A stretch of 64,000 nucleotides of DNA from Eledone cirrhosa (lineage: Eukaryota): NCBI GenBank assembly GCA_964016885.1, contig OZ024743.1, forward strand, positions 49,848,001 to 49,912,000. Direction: 5' to 3'. Below are positions 50,981-64,000 of this stretch, piece by piece. The notes beneath the pieces are model-generated. The model was not told where the DNA came from, made no database searches, and saw nothing but the letters and a program-made list of their open reading frames with translations. How positions within the stretch are numbered: position 1 is the first letter of the stretch; the number at the start of each line of letters is the position of its first letter. A program made the translations under genes and the position numbers.

Positions 50981-51246
50981 AACGGAAAAAATGAAACGAA
51001 ATTTTATTTCCCACTCTTAGTACGGCTGTTACTTAAATATAAGTATGTACACGTACATACATATATGTATACAGACGTACAGTAGTATGTATATATATAT
51101 ATACATACATGCACACATATATATATGTACGTATGGATTCACCAAACATTTATTATAATGCTCGGTGTGTTTGTAAACAAACATCTCGTATTAAGCCGTA
51201 GTGTCCGGCAACCATCGTTGCTCGTTTGTTCAACACTGACAAAGGA

Positions 51247-51289
51247 ACGCTGTACTAGTTTCAAGCTTATTAGCTATCGTCAGTAACGT
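51247..51289 (-). ncRNA. Minimal type-I hammerhead ribozyme
   Basis: acguua-CUGACGA-u-AGCU(aaua)AGCU-u-GAA-ACUAGU-A-cagcgu. Confidence 0.8.
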
Positions 51290-51775
51290 ATACCTTCCGG
51301 CCAGATTGTTGAACTTATATACTTACCTTATGCATATTAACGGCTGAGTAGACCAATTTGCATATCGAGTGGGTTAATCGGCCGGGTGCACCGAAAACGA
51401 TAAACGGAAAAAATGAAATTATATTTAATTTCCCACTCTTAGTACGGCTGTTACTTAAATATAAGTATGTACACGTACATATATATATGTATACAGACGT
51501 ACAGTAGTATATATATATATACATAAATGTACACATATATATATGTACGTATGGATTCACCGAACATTTATTATAATGCTCGGTGTGTTTGTAAACAAAC
51601 ATCCCGTATTAAGCCGTGGAAATGAAGAGTGGGAAATGAAATTTCGTTTCATTTTTTCCGTTTATCGTTTTCGGTGCACCCGGCCGATTAACTCACTCGA
51701 TATGCAAATTGGGCTACTCAGCCGTTAATATGCATAAGGTAAGTATATACGTTCAACAATCTGGCCGGAAGGTAT

Positions 51776-51818
51776 ACGTCGCTGACGATAGCTAATAAGT
51801 TTGAAACTAGTACAGCGT
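51776..51818 (+). ncRNA. Minimal type-I hammerhead ribozyme (inverted copy)
   Basis: acgucg-CUGACGA-uagcuaauaaguuu-GAA-ACUAGU-A-cagcgu. Confidence 0.78.
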
Positions 51819-52023
51819 TCCTTTGTCAGTGTTGAACAAACGAGCAACGTTGGTTGCTGGACACTACGGCTTAATATGGGATGTTTGTTTACAAACACAC
51901 CGAGCATTATAATAAATGTTTGGTGAATCCATACGTACATATATATATATGTGTGCATGTATGTATATATATATACATACTACTGTACGCCTGTATACAT
52001 ATATGTATGTACGTATACATACT

Positions 52024-52113
<90 letters not shown>

Positions 52114-52260
52114 GTGTGAGTGTGTGTATAATAATTCAATAAACCAGACGATAAGACGGCGTTTATAAATGTCATGTCCGTTTCTGTGGTCCTATATCTT
52201 AAAATGGGAATTTTTCTGGAGACAATTATAATTATTTTAGACCTATAAATAAGTAGATGA

Positions 52261-52528
52261 ATAAATAATAAGACATCCATGTCACCATAAATAATAAGAC
52301 ATCCACGTCACCATAAATAATAAGACATCCATGTCACCATAAATAATAAGACATCCATGTCACCATAAATAATAAGACATCCATGTCACCATAAATAATA
52401 AGACATCCATGTCACCATAAATAATAAGACATCCATGTCACCATAAATAATAAGACATCCATGTCACCATAAATAATAAGACATCCATGTCACCATAAAT
52501 AATAAGACATCCATGTCACCATAAATAA
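52261..52528. repeat. 26-bp minisatellite, ~10 copies
   Basis: Unit aaataataagacatccatgtcaccat. Confidence 0.97.
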
Positions 52529-52933
52529 CTCCTGTGAGGAACATTAGACCAGACATATATGAACTTAACTATTGTAGATGTGTGTATGCTGAGCTGGCAA
52601 ACTTGTCACCCCCCACACACATACACACTCATACACACACACACACTCATACACACACACTCTCTCCCTCTCTCTCTCTCTCTTTCTCTATTTCACTCTA
52701 ATTCCCATTCAAGCTCACAGATACGTGCACGATTGTGTGTGTGTATGTGTGTGTGAGTGCGCGTGTGTGTGTGTGTGTGTATTTAATTATTAAATAGTCT
52801 GAGAAATCTCGAATTAGATGCAACCTTGGAGGAAGCCAGTTGAACCTACTAGGGTGCCAGCTGTAACGAGATGCACACTCTCGCATCCCGCTCTCCCCCC
52901 CTCTCTCTCTCCCTCTCTCTCCGTCTCTCACTC

Positions 52934-53090
<157 letters not shown>

Positions 53091-54673
53091 AGAGGGTGCT
53101 GTAGCTGCACGGTTCCTCAACCAATAGAGAATCAATTGTCGCAGTGTTAGAATGCACCGAAACAAAACCCAAACTCAAAGAATTATCTAAGATGATATTT
53201 TAACTGTTCAAAACTAAATTTGGATTGTAGACAAATGGATGGCTGAGAGCCAAAATTTAGGATTCCAGTTTAGCTAAGATATAAATAGATCGATGAATCG
53301 GTTCAATATATTCATATTATGACTAATGGATCTATGAAGTGACGGAGGGCGGAAAAAATAACAAAAACCTCGTGAAAATACAATGAAGTTCCTTCCATAG
53401 AGATTGTTAGATAATTTTGGCAATAAATTCTGGATAAATCTTCATAATTTTAAATAGACTAACTTTATTGTACAATAGAATTCTTCGAAAATAATTCATT
53501 TTATATTCCTGGCATTGTTTTGTCCGTTATTATCAGTATTTAATCAGTTTCTAAGGGTTCCTACTATTTGATTATATATAGGGGTCGATTGACTTTCGTC
53601 AAATCGGACCGAGGAAACAATGTTTCCATTGGTCTTTCCAATTGCTAGTACTATCTATCGGTCGCAACTCCAAGTAGAAGGAGAAACGTGAAATAATTGT
53701 TTCTACTTTTGGCACAAGGCCAGCAATTAGCCAGTGTATTACTTGTACTTTATTTTATCGACCCCGTAAGGATGAAATGCAAAGTTAACCTCGGCGGGAT
53801 TTGAACTCAGAATGGAAATAATGTGTCTTATTCAAGGACATAACGCATCAACTGGTCCAGGAATCGAACTCACAACCTCATGATTGTGATTCCAATTTTT
53901 CTAACCACTCACCCACGCGCCTTTACTGATTATATAATGAGTTCTAAGTCTATACAAGGGCATGTTTATATATAAACTACTTTAGGCCTATATAAGTGTC
54001 TATATCTACGTCAGGGCTCTATACAACTATAGTCCAGGAATACATAAGGAGTCCTATGCCTATATAACTATATTCTATCACTATATATTCATATATATAC
54101 CCTATATAGGCTACAGGGATTATATAACCTTTTGTTTTCAATTGAAACTAACGTTGGAATACTCGTATATACGAAAAGAAATATTGTTTTATTTCCATGC
54201 TGAAAATAATTCATTTTCAAGTGGAGCCTGGAACGGCATCGTAAACCATCTTTGGTGGCGGGATCTTGGTCGATAAGAGAGAGATGGAATGGTTGGTGGA
54301 TGAAATAATAAAGGAGGGGGGATGGTTGGCAGTGTCATAAGTCAGAAACAGGAATGGTTTGAAAATGGAGGAGAAAATTATCTGAATTGCTCCCATGACC
54401 AGTCAATAATGTCGAGATTACGCCGAAGAGGAATCTAGGTGTAGATGTATAGATGTGTAGATGTGGTTGTATTAAAAATGAAAATGTAATGGCGGTATTG
54501 TTAGAACAAGCCGTACGGGGATAAAATGGTGTTATTGTTAGTACAAGCCTTACGGGAATAAAATGACGGTATTGTTAGTACAAGTCTTACGGGAACAGTA
54601 AGTAGGATAAAAAGAGAATGGAAACTGATTTGAAGAAAGTTCTGGAATAAAATAATGATATGAAGTGTGAGGA

Positions 54674-54743
<70 letters not shown>

Positions 54744-54876
54744 GTGATTTTGAGTGAAGGTTATTATATGTGAGAAACAATCAAGATAATTTCAAGTATG
54801 GAAGGCTAAGAAAAGATATTTGACAGAAAAAAATGAAGAATTCTTCAATAATGGAATTTGCAGTCGCTGCCAGTAG

Positions 54877-54877
<1 letters not shown>

Positions 54878-54963
<86 letters not shown>

Positions 54964-55039
54964 GTAGTAGAGATAAAGGAATAAAGTAGAGAGAAAAAAT
55001 AGATTTAATAATGTGGCCCTTTATTACCATTTTGTTGTT

Positions 55040-55072
<33 letters not shown>

Positions 55073-55127
55073 CTTCTTCTTCTTCTTCTTCTTCTTCTTC
55101 TTCTTCTTCTTCTTCTTCTTCTTCTTC

Positions 55128-55185
<58 letters not shown>
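54878..55185. repeat. (AAT)n, then compound (TTG)n(TTC)n(ATC)n
   Basis: Direct reading. Confidence 0.96.
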
Positions 55186-56069
55186 CCCCCTTCTCCTTAT
55201 TATTGAGATTGTCAGAATCATTAGAACGTCGGACAAAATGCCTCGTCATTTCACGGCCTTTTATGTACTGAGTTCAAATCCCACCGAGCTTGACTTTGAC
55301 TTTCTTCCTTCTGGGTTTAATCGACTTTCTCATCGCTACAAATTGTTGGCTTTGTGCCAAAAGTAGAAACAATTAAAAGCAGTGGATTGGCAAAATTGGT
55401 AGAGCGTCGGACAATATGCTTTGCGGTATAGAGTTACGGTGATCTGATTTCAAATTTCGTCTTACGGGGTCGATAAAATAAAGTACCAGTCACGCAAAGG
55501 AACGTAATTGTGCTGCAAAGCATAGCGTCCGACCCTCTACCGATACTGCCAATCCACCACCCAATTGCCATACAAATAATGCCACAAGGGCACATTGGCT
55601 TGAAAGTTGCCTCTAAAATGTATGTATATACGCGCTGTGAGATGGAAATACGCGGTTTGGTGCCCGAGAGCGCGGTTAGCCCATCGGGAGTGAGAGACCC
55701 CTAGTTCTTGTTAGGACATCATTCTAAAAGAAGTTAAAATTTTGATGTAAAACCTGTGATTTGATGGCAGCCAATGATGTTGATCTGATCTGCTTGGATA
55801 CCAGTCACCGTTTCCTGAAATTGGGATGGGTCTTCACTTAAAAAAGCTTCAAGTAGAGGCAGCACTTAATCTTTTACATGGCTTGTGTGTGTGGCAGACA
55901 ACTCGAACCAGCATGCACATCCTGAAAACACCACCCTCAGACCGACAAAACTGAATATTCAGCCCGTCAGCAACATCAAGTACACGACAAAGATCTGTTT
56001 GTCAGATGATAAGCTAAAGATTCTTCTGATAATCCCGCTTACGTCCTATGAAAGATCGGAACTTCCATA

Positions 56070-56395
56070 CTTTTTTTTTTATGTGGAACAATTTTTTTTT
56101 CCTGATAATTATTTATTTACAATAGTTTATAACTTTGCCTATTATTCCGTATGGTGAGCAAATGGGGTCCAACGTGCTGGCCTCTCCACAGCCCTGGCGG
56201 ACAGGATGGAGAAGGCGTTTCCCCGGAGGATGGTAATGGAGATGCGCTGGAAGAGCCATTCCAACTCGCGAGGCTCACACCTGCGGCTGGCTAACTCAGC
56301 ACCTATGGTGGTGAATAGGGAGGTAGCCCTAGGGCCAAGGACACCAGAAGTCTCTATTGCCAAGGGCACGACCGCGAACCTGTCGGAGAGCGACT
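56070..56395 (-). mobile_element. 3' end of a CRE-clade-like element (RLE C-terminus, 3' UTR, A-tail)
   Basis: FAVVPLAIETSGVLGPRA..WLFQRISITILRGNAFSI matches the CRE-type P.A.ET.G..G and QR.S....RGNA motifs. AATAAA and A-runs follow. Confidence 0.72.
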
Positions 56396-56650
56396 GGTAC
56401 TATATTTACCGTTTCCTCATTAAGTTTCCTCTACAGGTACTGATTACCAATTTTGAGGTCCAGAGTGATGTTAAAAAAGTTGACTTTAGTTAAGTTGGAA
56501 GAGATTGAGGTATTTAAGCCGAACTCTTTGAAGATCCCTATATGATCTTTTCTAAATTTACCCATGACGTCACTGTCCAAATGGCTTGAGATTGCCAGGC
56601 CATGGTATCTGTACTGGGCTGAGCTATGAGGGTACGTTCGTTTTCTGAGG
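56396..56650 (-). pseudogene. Penelope-like (Naiad-type) RT fragment
   Basis: ORF 56431-56760: YRYHGLAI (degenerate YRDDGL) and IFKEFGLNTSISSNLTKVNFFNITLDL (cf. VNFLDVTLDL). Confidence 0.68.
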
Positions 56651-56797
56651 GTGTTGAGAACGAATCCATCGACAAGGCCATTGTCATCAGCTACTAATGC
56701 TAATGTTGTTGGTGTTGGTGCTATTTTTAAATGGATCTGACCAGCTAGCTTTTGTCTCATGTTGATACAACGCCTTTCACGATAGCTGGATTAATTT

Positions 56798-56934
<137 letters not shown>

Positions 56935-57143
56935 AAGCAGGCCTCCTTAATATTTTACCACTACCACCACCACAACCACCACTACGACTACCACATAGAC
57001 AACGGTTCTCTTCCCTAACCAACACACACTCTTTATATATATATATATATATATATATAGATATATATATATATATATATGTGTGTGTTTGTGTGTGTGT
57101 GCGTGTGTGCGTGTGTGTGTGCGCGCGTGTGTGTGTGTATTTG

Positions 57144-57223
57144 ATATAGAAATGGCTTCTACAGGATTAGAACTGTTTCATTCGAATGAAACAGTTCTAG
57201 TCCTGTAGAAGCCATTTCTATAT
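57144..57223. repeat. 80-bp spacer-less palindrome (one mismatch)
   Basis: atatagaaatggcttctacaggattagaactgtttcattc|gaatgaaacagttctagtcctgtagaagccatttctatat. Confidence 0.95.
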
Positions 57224-57287
57224 TAAATATTTATACTCTGCTATGTATTGAGTACCTTATTTACTGGGGTTACCCCCGATTGAACCC

Positions 57288-57374
<87 letters not shown>

Positions 57375-57487
57375 GCACACAAATATAAATATATATATAT
57401 AAATATATCAGAAGATCCCGTTAACCGTGAAAGCAGCGATTCTTTGCTTAAACTTTAATCTGTTATTTTAATATATATATATATATA

Positions 57488-57561
<74 letters not shown>

Positions 57562-57721
57562 AATTAAAATAAGAATTAAAATACTAGAGTGTGTTGGAGT
57601 TAAACACCCTCTTCATATTATAGAAATGACAGTATAAGATATAGCTCAGTGTAATTAAACAGAGCCGAAGAATTATAAAAAATAAACCAAAGAAGCCTTC
57701 AATACATCAACAGTCTTTATT

Positions 57722-57763
57722 AGCCAACAATGTTTCGTCCTATTAAGGACTCATCAGGGCAAG
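57722..57763 (-). ncRNA. Minimal type-I hammerhead ribozyme
   Basis: gcc-CUGAUGA-GUCCU(uaau)AGGAC-GAAAC-auu-GUU-ggc: canonical core with all three stems. Confidence 0.85.
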
Positions 57764-59396
57764 TAAAACTACACGAAGCACTATCGGCCAATACAAGCCA
57801 AAAACTCAGAAGAATATGGAGTATACATCTATTAAAGCTTAGGAAAGATATCAAGGAAAAGTTGGCTAAGATTAAGAGTGAGCAGTTACAAACATAGATA
57901 TAGACCAAATAGCAAGGAAGTGATTAACATGTTGAATCCACATTGTAAATATTGTATAATGCAAAAACTTGAAACACAAATGGTAATATAATGCGAGAAT
58001 TACAGTACGATATAGAATAGAATATAATATAATAGATGGTGATAATAAAAAGCTTAATATATGTATATATATATATATCTATACATATAGACATTAGTAC
58101 AAACACAAACTAACACTTATTAAGTATCTAAATATATATATATATATATTGTTTACAGTATAATATATAATATAATAAAGATAAAAATAAGAATAAAGAT
58201 AAAAATAAAAATAAAATATAATATATAATTCCCTGTCAGTGTGCATAAACAATATAAAACATTATAATAACATTATAATAACAATATTATAATATATTGG
58301 CATCAAAAGATATACAAAATTACATCATACATATAATTCAAGGTTAACAAATAGTATAAAGTTTTACACAGGGTAAGAAAAAAATCATATAGAACTAAAT
58401 TGTGTTGAAAAAATTGTGTTGAAAAAATATCTATACCATTGTAACAAATACACGGAGGTCAAGTCATTTTACATTGGCATAAATATTACCAAAATATCAC
58501 AAAATATTACAAAATATAACATAACAGTACCTCAAATAACAGACATATATTAAAATCTATAATACGATTACATAAAAATGATATGATATAACAACGTTAA
58601 CATCAAATAGCAAACAGAGTGTAAGGAAATGCTTCATATATATATTTACGTGGTTGACATACACAGACATATTAATGAAATTACATGATCAGACAGACAG
58701 CGTGTGGTAGTAAAAAAATAAATAAAATAAACCGAAGATCGAAAAACAAAAACAAGTATATTTACTTAGGTGTCACAAGCGGTTAAGTAAAAGAAAAAAG
58801 ATAGAAATGTAAACCGGAGAGTTGACTAGAAAACCTTTTTAAATTAATTAATATTAAAAGTATTTAAAATATATATTTAGTCACTTCAAAATTGGCTAGT
58901 GTTTAAGTCATCAAAATCGTATAAGTTTAAGATATCTCATTAAAATTATCAAGAATAGAGTAAAATATGCTCCGTTCAGTCGAATAACGCTATCAAATAA
59001 AAGGACTCTAAATAGAACTATGGTAGACCAATGGGAACAGAAAGAAGAGAGGTTATGGAGGATAGGAAGGAGCATAAAAGTAAAATCAATATATTATATA
59101 ATATCATAAAAAGGAGCATAAAGGTGAAATTTATATATAGTATAATAGAAGGGGCGAATATTAAGTGTATAGAGGAGGAGGTTCATTAGTTGAATGAGAC
59201 TCCAAACAAAGTATTTAATAAGATATAAACTCATAAGGTGTTAGTGAAGACACTATAATAATGCTTAAGAAGATAGATAGGATATGGTAGCCAAAAGACT
59301 ATGGAAACTAAAATCGGAAAGCTGTAAAAAACTAATAATAATAATGATGATGGTAATCAAAAGGAACCTAAACAAAAAAGAAAGGAAATATAGCAG

Positions 59397-60399
<1,003 letters not shown>

Positions 60400-60873
60400 T
60401 ATATATATATTTATAAATATAAATTCAGCGAGAATCGCATTTCGGCGGGTAGAAAAAGCGAAACGAAACGCAAAAATCAGAGTTATGCTGGCATGCGCTC
60501 CCCATAGTTAAAATACCAGAGCTAAACAATATGTTAAAACGCCATACAAACTGAAAAAGTGGCATTAACTACCTAAACCAAAAAATCAAATCAAGCTAAA
60601 AGGGTCAAAACAAAATAAATGATAAAAAAACAGACCTGGACCCATTGGAATTGATGGTAAAATCCAAATGCAGGGTTTCTATGACACCTAAATCAATAAT
60701 ACTGGCTGCTTAAATTATAAGCTTTTGGTATAATGATCGAACAAGGAATATCACGTTTTCAACAGGTATTTTGCTCTGTACCAAGTTTGTGAATGACGTA
60801 GAGCTTCGTAAAAGCACATGTGTAATTCACAAGGGGAAAGACCCCAGATTTATAAAAAAAAACATATTTATAC

Positions 60874-61030
60874 ATATATATAAAACTGAAGTTGTCTGTG
60901 TGTGTGTGTCCTAATTTATATACAAATCCACATTTCTACTCCGATTGACTTCAAACTTGTATTTATATATTCCTTGCGGTCTAAAGATATTAATTGCAGC
61001 TTTCATTTTTCAATTTTCTGTTATTAAAGG
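60874..61030 (+). mobile_element. Possible Helitron-like 5' terminus
   Basis: ATATATATAAAACTGAAGTTGTCTGTGTGTG..TCCGATTGACTTCAAACTTG resembles invertebrate Helitron left ends from memory. No CTRR/hairpin 3' end was located. Confidence 0.35.
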
Positions 61031-61625
61031 CGTTTTTTCCACTAAAACTTTAAGCCCTTTTGGTCAGTTAGTTCGGCAATTTTGTCTACAATGTTCAAGA
61101 GAGACAACTTTTTAGTATTTTGAAAGAGTTACTTCTCTTTATAGACTCTATTATCCCTACTTAAACGCACATCCCTTGAAATTGTTGATGGTGACCCCAA
61201 TAGTAACTCCGAAGAATTCGGCATCCGATATAACAGTTCGGTCTATATCAGATTGGGTAGATTTTTGTAACCTTAAAAGTATCCAACTAAATTCATTCAT
61301 GCTCTCCAGCACTGCAGTTCCACATGCTTACTGCTCTGTAACTATTGCTTTCATTGTACCATAGCACAACAAATACACGTTCGGTTTGTCGAATGCCTTT
61401 TTACTTAACCGTATCGTCTTGGCTTTCGTGGGTTGAACATTTTACTCTCAGGCACCCAATTAAGTTAAACCCTTGGTAATCTACGACGAATTTTTTTATA
61501 AGCACAAAATGTAGACACCATCCCCATGCCGAGGTATTCCGTACTTCTCTGTACTGTTTCAGAAAGGAGGGATAAACATGCCAATCTATGTTTAGAAGCC
61601 CGAGCAACGCCGGACCATTGTGGTA

Positions 61626-61712
<87 letters not shown>

Positions 61713-62060
61713 TCTAAGCAGAACGAAAACCTGTTGATAAACTGAGTCCTCTGTTCAGTCACCAATACCATGACCTTGCCATTCAAGTAAGTCTGATATT
61801 TGATTTCGGAGTCAGAGAAACATTTCAAACGCCCGTCTGATCTGTCCAGGTCTATTTTTCTCAACCTGATTAGTTTTTTCGTTACTTTGGTATGTATTGT
61901 GTGTTAGTTTAGCTTACCACAATGTTCGATTTGTCAAGCTATTTAAACGTATGTTATAACTCTGAGACCTATCTTATCGAGTGCTTTGCTAACTCATCAC
62001 TTCATATAAGTAGGCCGAATTTACTTGCAAACCGCCAGAGATTCGATTTTACTGATTTCC

Positions 62061-62100
<40 letters not shown>

Positions 62101-62103
<3 letters not shown>

Positions 62104-62641
62104 TAAGTATGTTTTGAAACAGTGAGCAGGTTTGAAATTAGAAAATAGAATAGCTTTCACCGTATTTTTTGACTAAAGGAATTTTAGCCTGATAATGGGT
62201 TTTAGAACCCTCAGATAAATGGAAAAAGATGAGTATTGACGTACATGGGAGTCGAACCCACATCTTTGGTTATCGCGACCACTGTGCTACCATTACACCA
62301 GTGAGCTCTTGCTACTTACTGCACCTGTGCAACGACCACATATGTGTTCTTTGTTGCTTACCTGAAATCCCATTACATTTCTTGTGTACATATAGTTTGC
62401 ATAGGATGAATTCCTGCACACTGAACAAGGCCATTTCCCTGAGTGAATTGGAACCCTGTTTTCCTTTCTACATAATGGGACTTTAGTCTTTGTCAAGTTG
62501 AGTTGGTGTAATAGTAGCACAGTGGTCGCGATAACCAAAGATGTGGGTTTGACTCCCATGTACGTCAATACTCATCTTTTTCCATTTATCTGAGGGTTCT
62601 AAACCCCATTATCAGGCTAAAATTCCTTTAGTCAAAAAATA

Positions 62642-62643
<2 letters not shown>
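62101..62643. mobile_element. Head-to-head pair of a tRNA-headed element (140-bp inverted arms 62161-62300 / 62504-62643)
   Basis: A box TGGTGTAATRG and B box GGTTCGACTCC; (TA)n on both sides. Confidence 0.85.
62301..62496 (-). pseudogene. RTE-type LINE ORF fragment in the fold-back loop
   Basis: LNLTKTKV..SGKWPCSVCR..HICGRC, the Cys-rich insert that follows the RT KTKV motif in some RTE-type LINEs. Confidence 0.55.
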
Positions 62644-62689
<46 letters not shown>

Positions 62690-62690
<1 letters not shown>

Positions 62691-63490
62691 AATAGATTGA
62701 CATATATATATATAAAATAAATACATGAAACAATCACAGGGAATAATTTGTAAAGAATGTAGGCACACATGCCTACATTCTTTACAAATTATTCCCTGTG
62801 ATTGTTTCATGTATTTATTTTATATATATATATGTCAATCTATTTTTAGTTGATATAAAATGCTCGGATCTAATCTTTGAGCATATTCTACGGTGTATAT
62901 GGCGCATGTCTCTCAGACATGACAGCTCTTAATTTTAATTTTGGATATATATACGGCCCCTTGATTGTTGAGCTCATTCAGTTGAATAAGCTCGGCTGCT
63001 ATTTCTGGCTGTCGATGGTCCTATTCACGCCACTGGGATGACGTTGTTCAACGAGTGTATTTAAAAAAAAATGCAACACGTGGTTCGAATCATTCACAGA
63101 TTTGCATTTGCTTTGTAAACAGATGCTTATTTTTCTTCTCCTTTGGTGAACATCCAAGAATTTAACTGCTGTGATTTACGGATTAATAGGTGAAATATAT
63201 TTCTTACTTAAAGAAATATATACAAAGAAGATTAATCATTTTAACAGGTATCTATATTTGAAGTTCTAGTCAAACTTTAATTAGTTACCTACCTAGCTAT
63301 GTGTGCCTACATTCTTTACAAATTATTCCCTGTGATTGTTTCATGTATTTATTTTATATATATATATATATGTCAATCTATTTCTAGTTGATATGTAATA
63401 CTCGGATCTAATCTTTGAGGTTATTCTACGGTGGATATGGCGCATGTCTCTCATACATGACAACCCTTAATTTTAATTTTGATATATATA
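62690..63490. mobile_element. Element with a perfect 76-bp fold-back (62690-62845) and a ~180-bp direct repeat (62770-62951 / 63304-63490)
   Basis: Direct reading; period 534 bp; microsatellite flanks. Confidence 0.8.
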
Positions 63491-63624
63491 TAGAATTAGC
63501 CGTCGAAACGGCTTGAGCTCAGCCGTCGGGGTCCTACTTGTTCCTATTACCCACTCTACTACCCTAAGTATTGAGTACTTTGGTGCGTTATGGTCCATCT
63601 GGTTCCTTACCACATCTCCTTCGT

Positions 63625-63659
<35 letters not shown>

Positions 63660-63817
63660 AAATATAAATGAAGTAATTCCGTCGGAAAAGTTCAGGAAAA
63701 AAGAGTGCTCTATGTAGGTAACTGGTAAATGGAATAATTGCCTTATGTTGTTTAATACATAACTATATATATATATATATTTATGTATATATATGTATAT
63801 ATATATATATATATATA

Positions 63818-63856
<39 letters not shown>

Positions 63857-64000
63857 AATAATATTGCCAGAATTAATAACAGAACACACTCACTGTTTGG
63901 TTGGTTTTCGCTTCTGTGTCTTTTATATCGGTTAATTTAATTTATTCGGTCCTCAATGTTGCCATTGACTGACCAACGGTAAAAAATACAGATACAATAT

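Larger units (their letters stand above)
50981..52028. mobile_element. ~422-bp hammerhead-containing unit: 1.5 tandem copies plus one inverted copy (PLE pseudo-LTR or retrozyme-like)
   Basis: Unit 50981-51402, partial repeat 51403-51617, inverted copy 51625-52028; (TA)n on both sides. Confidence 0.82.

Noticed and set aside
55011-55366. Poly-His or poly-Phe ORFs
   Set aside because: Compound trinucleotide microsatellite running into a SINE.
57408-57445. Hammerhead in CAGAAGA-tcccgttaa..-GAAAG
   Set aside because: Core U4 is replaced by A and there is no stem III or NUH triplet; kept only as a fold-back repeat.
61090-61560. Degenerate RT (KKAFDK on the minus strand)
   Set aside because: An isolated motif with stops and no supporting RT motifs at the expected spacing.

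Overview
Repeat-dense eukaryotic genomic DNA with no recognisable host gene. The SINEs resemble, from memory, those of octopod cephalopods; this needs a database check. The first 35 kb is dominated by L1-clade Tx1-like non-LTR retrotransposons (ORF1 with CCHC knuckle; ORF2 APE+RT+CCHC) in two families. Family A (1-5801 minus, 7014-7817 plus) abuts (ATT)n. Family B forms a head-to-tail array of six copies (12527-35012), each ending tail-less in a (TATC/TGTC)n microsatellite. An R4/Dong-like RLE element sits in (TAA)n between the family A copies. The rest holds a 57-bp SINE-derived minisatellite, a 3.7-kb 54-bp satellite, tRNA-derived SINEs, CRE and RTE fragments, and Penelope-like (Naiad-type) RT and GIY-YIG remnants. 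Features not shown by the ORF track: six minimal type-I hammerhead ribozyme motifs in (TA)n-flanked islands; a tRNA-headed element found three times, always as a fold-back; a 67-nt GT-AG intron-like segment in the 5' UTR of both Tx1 families; and covarying 3' UTR hairpins. All calls are by eye and no searches were run.
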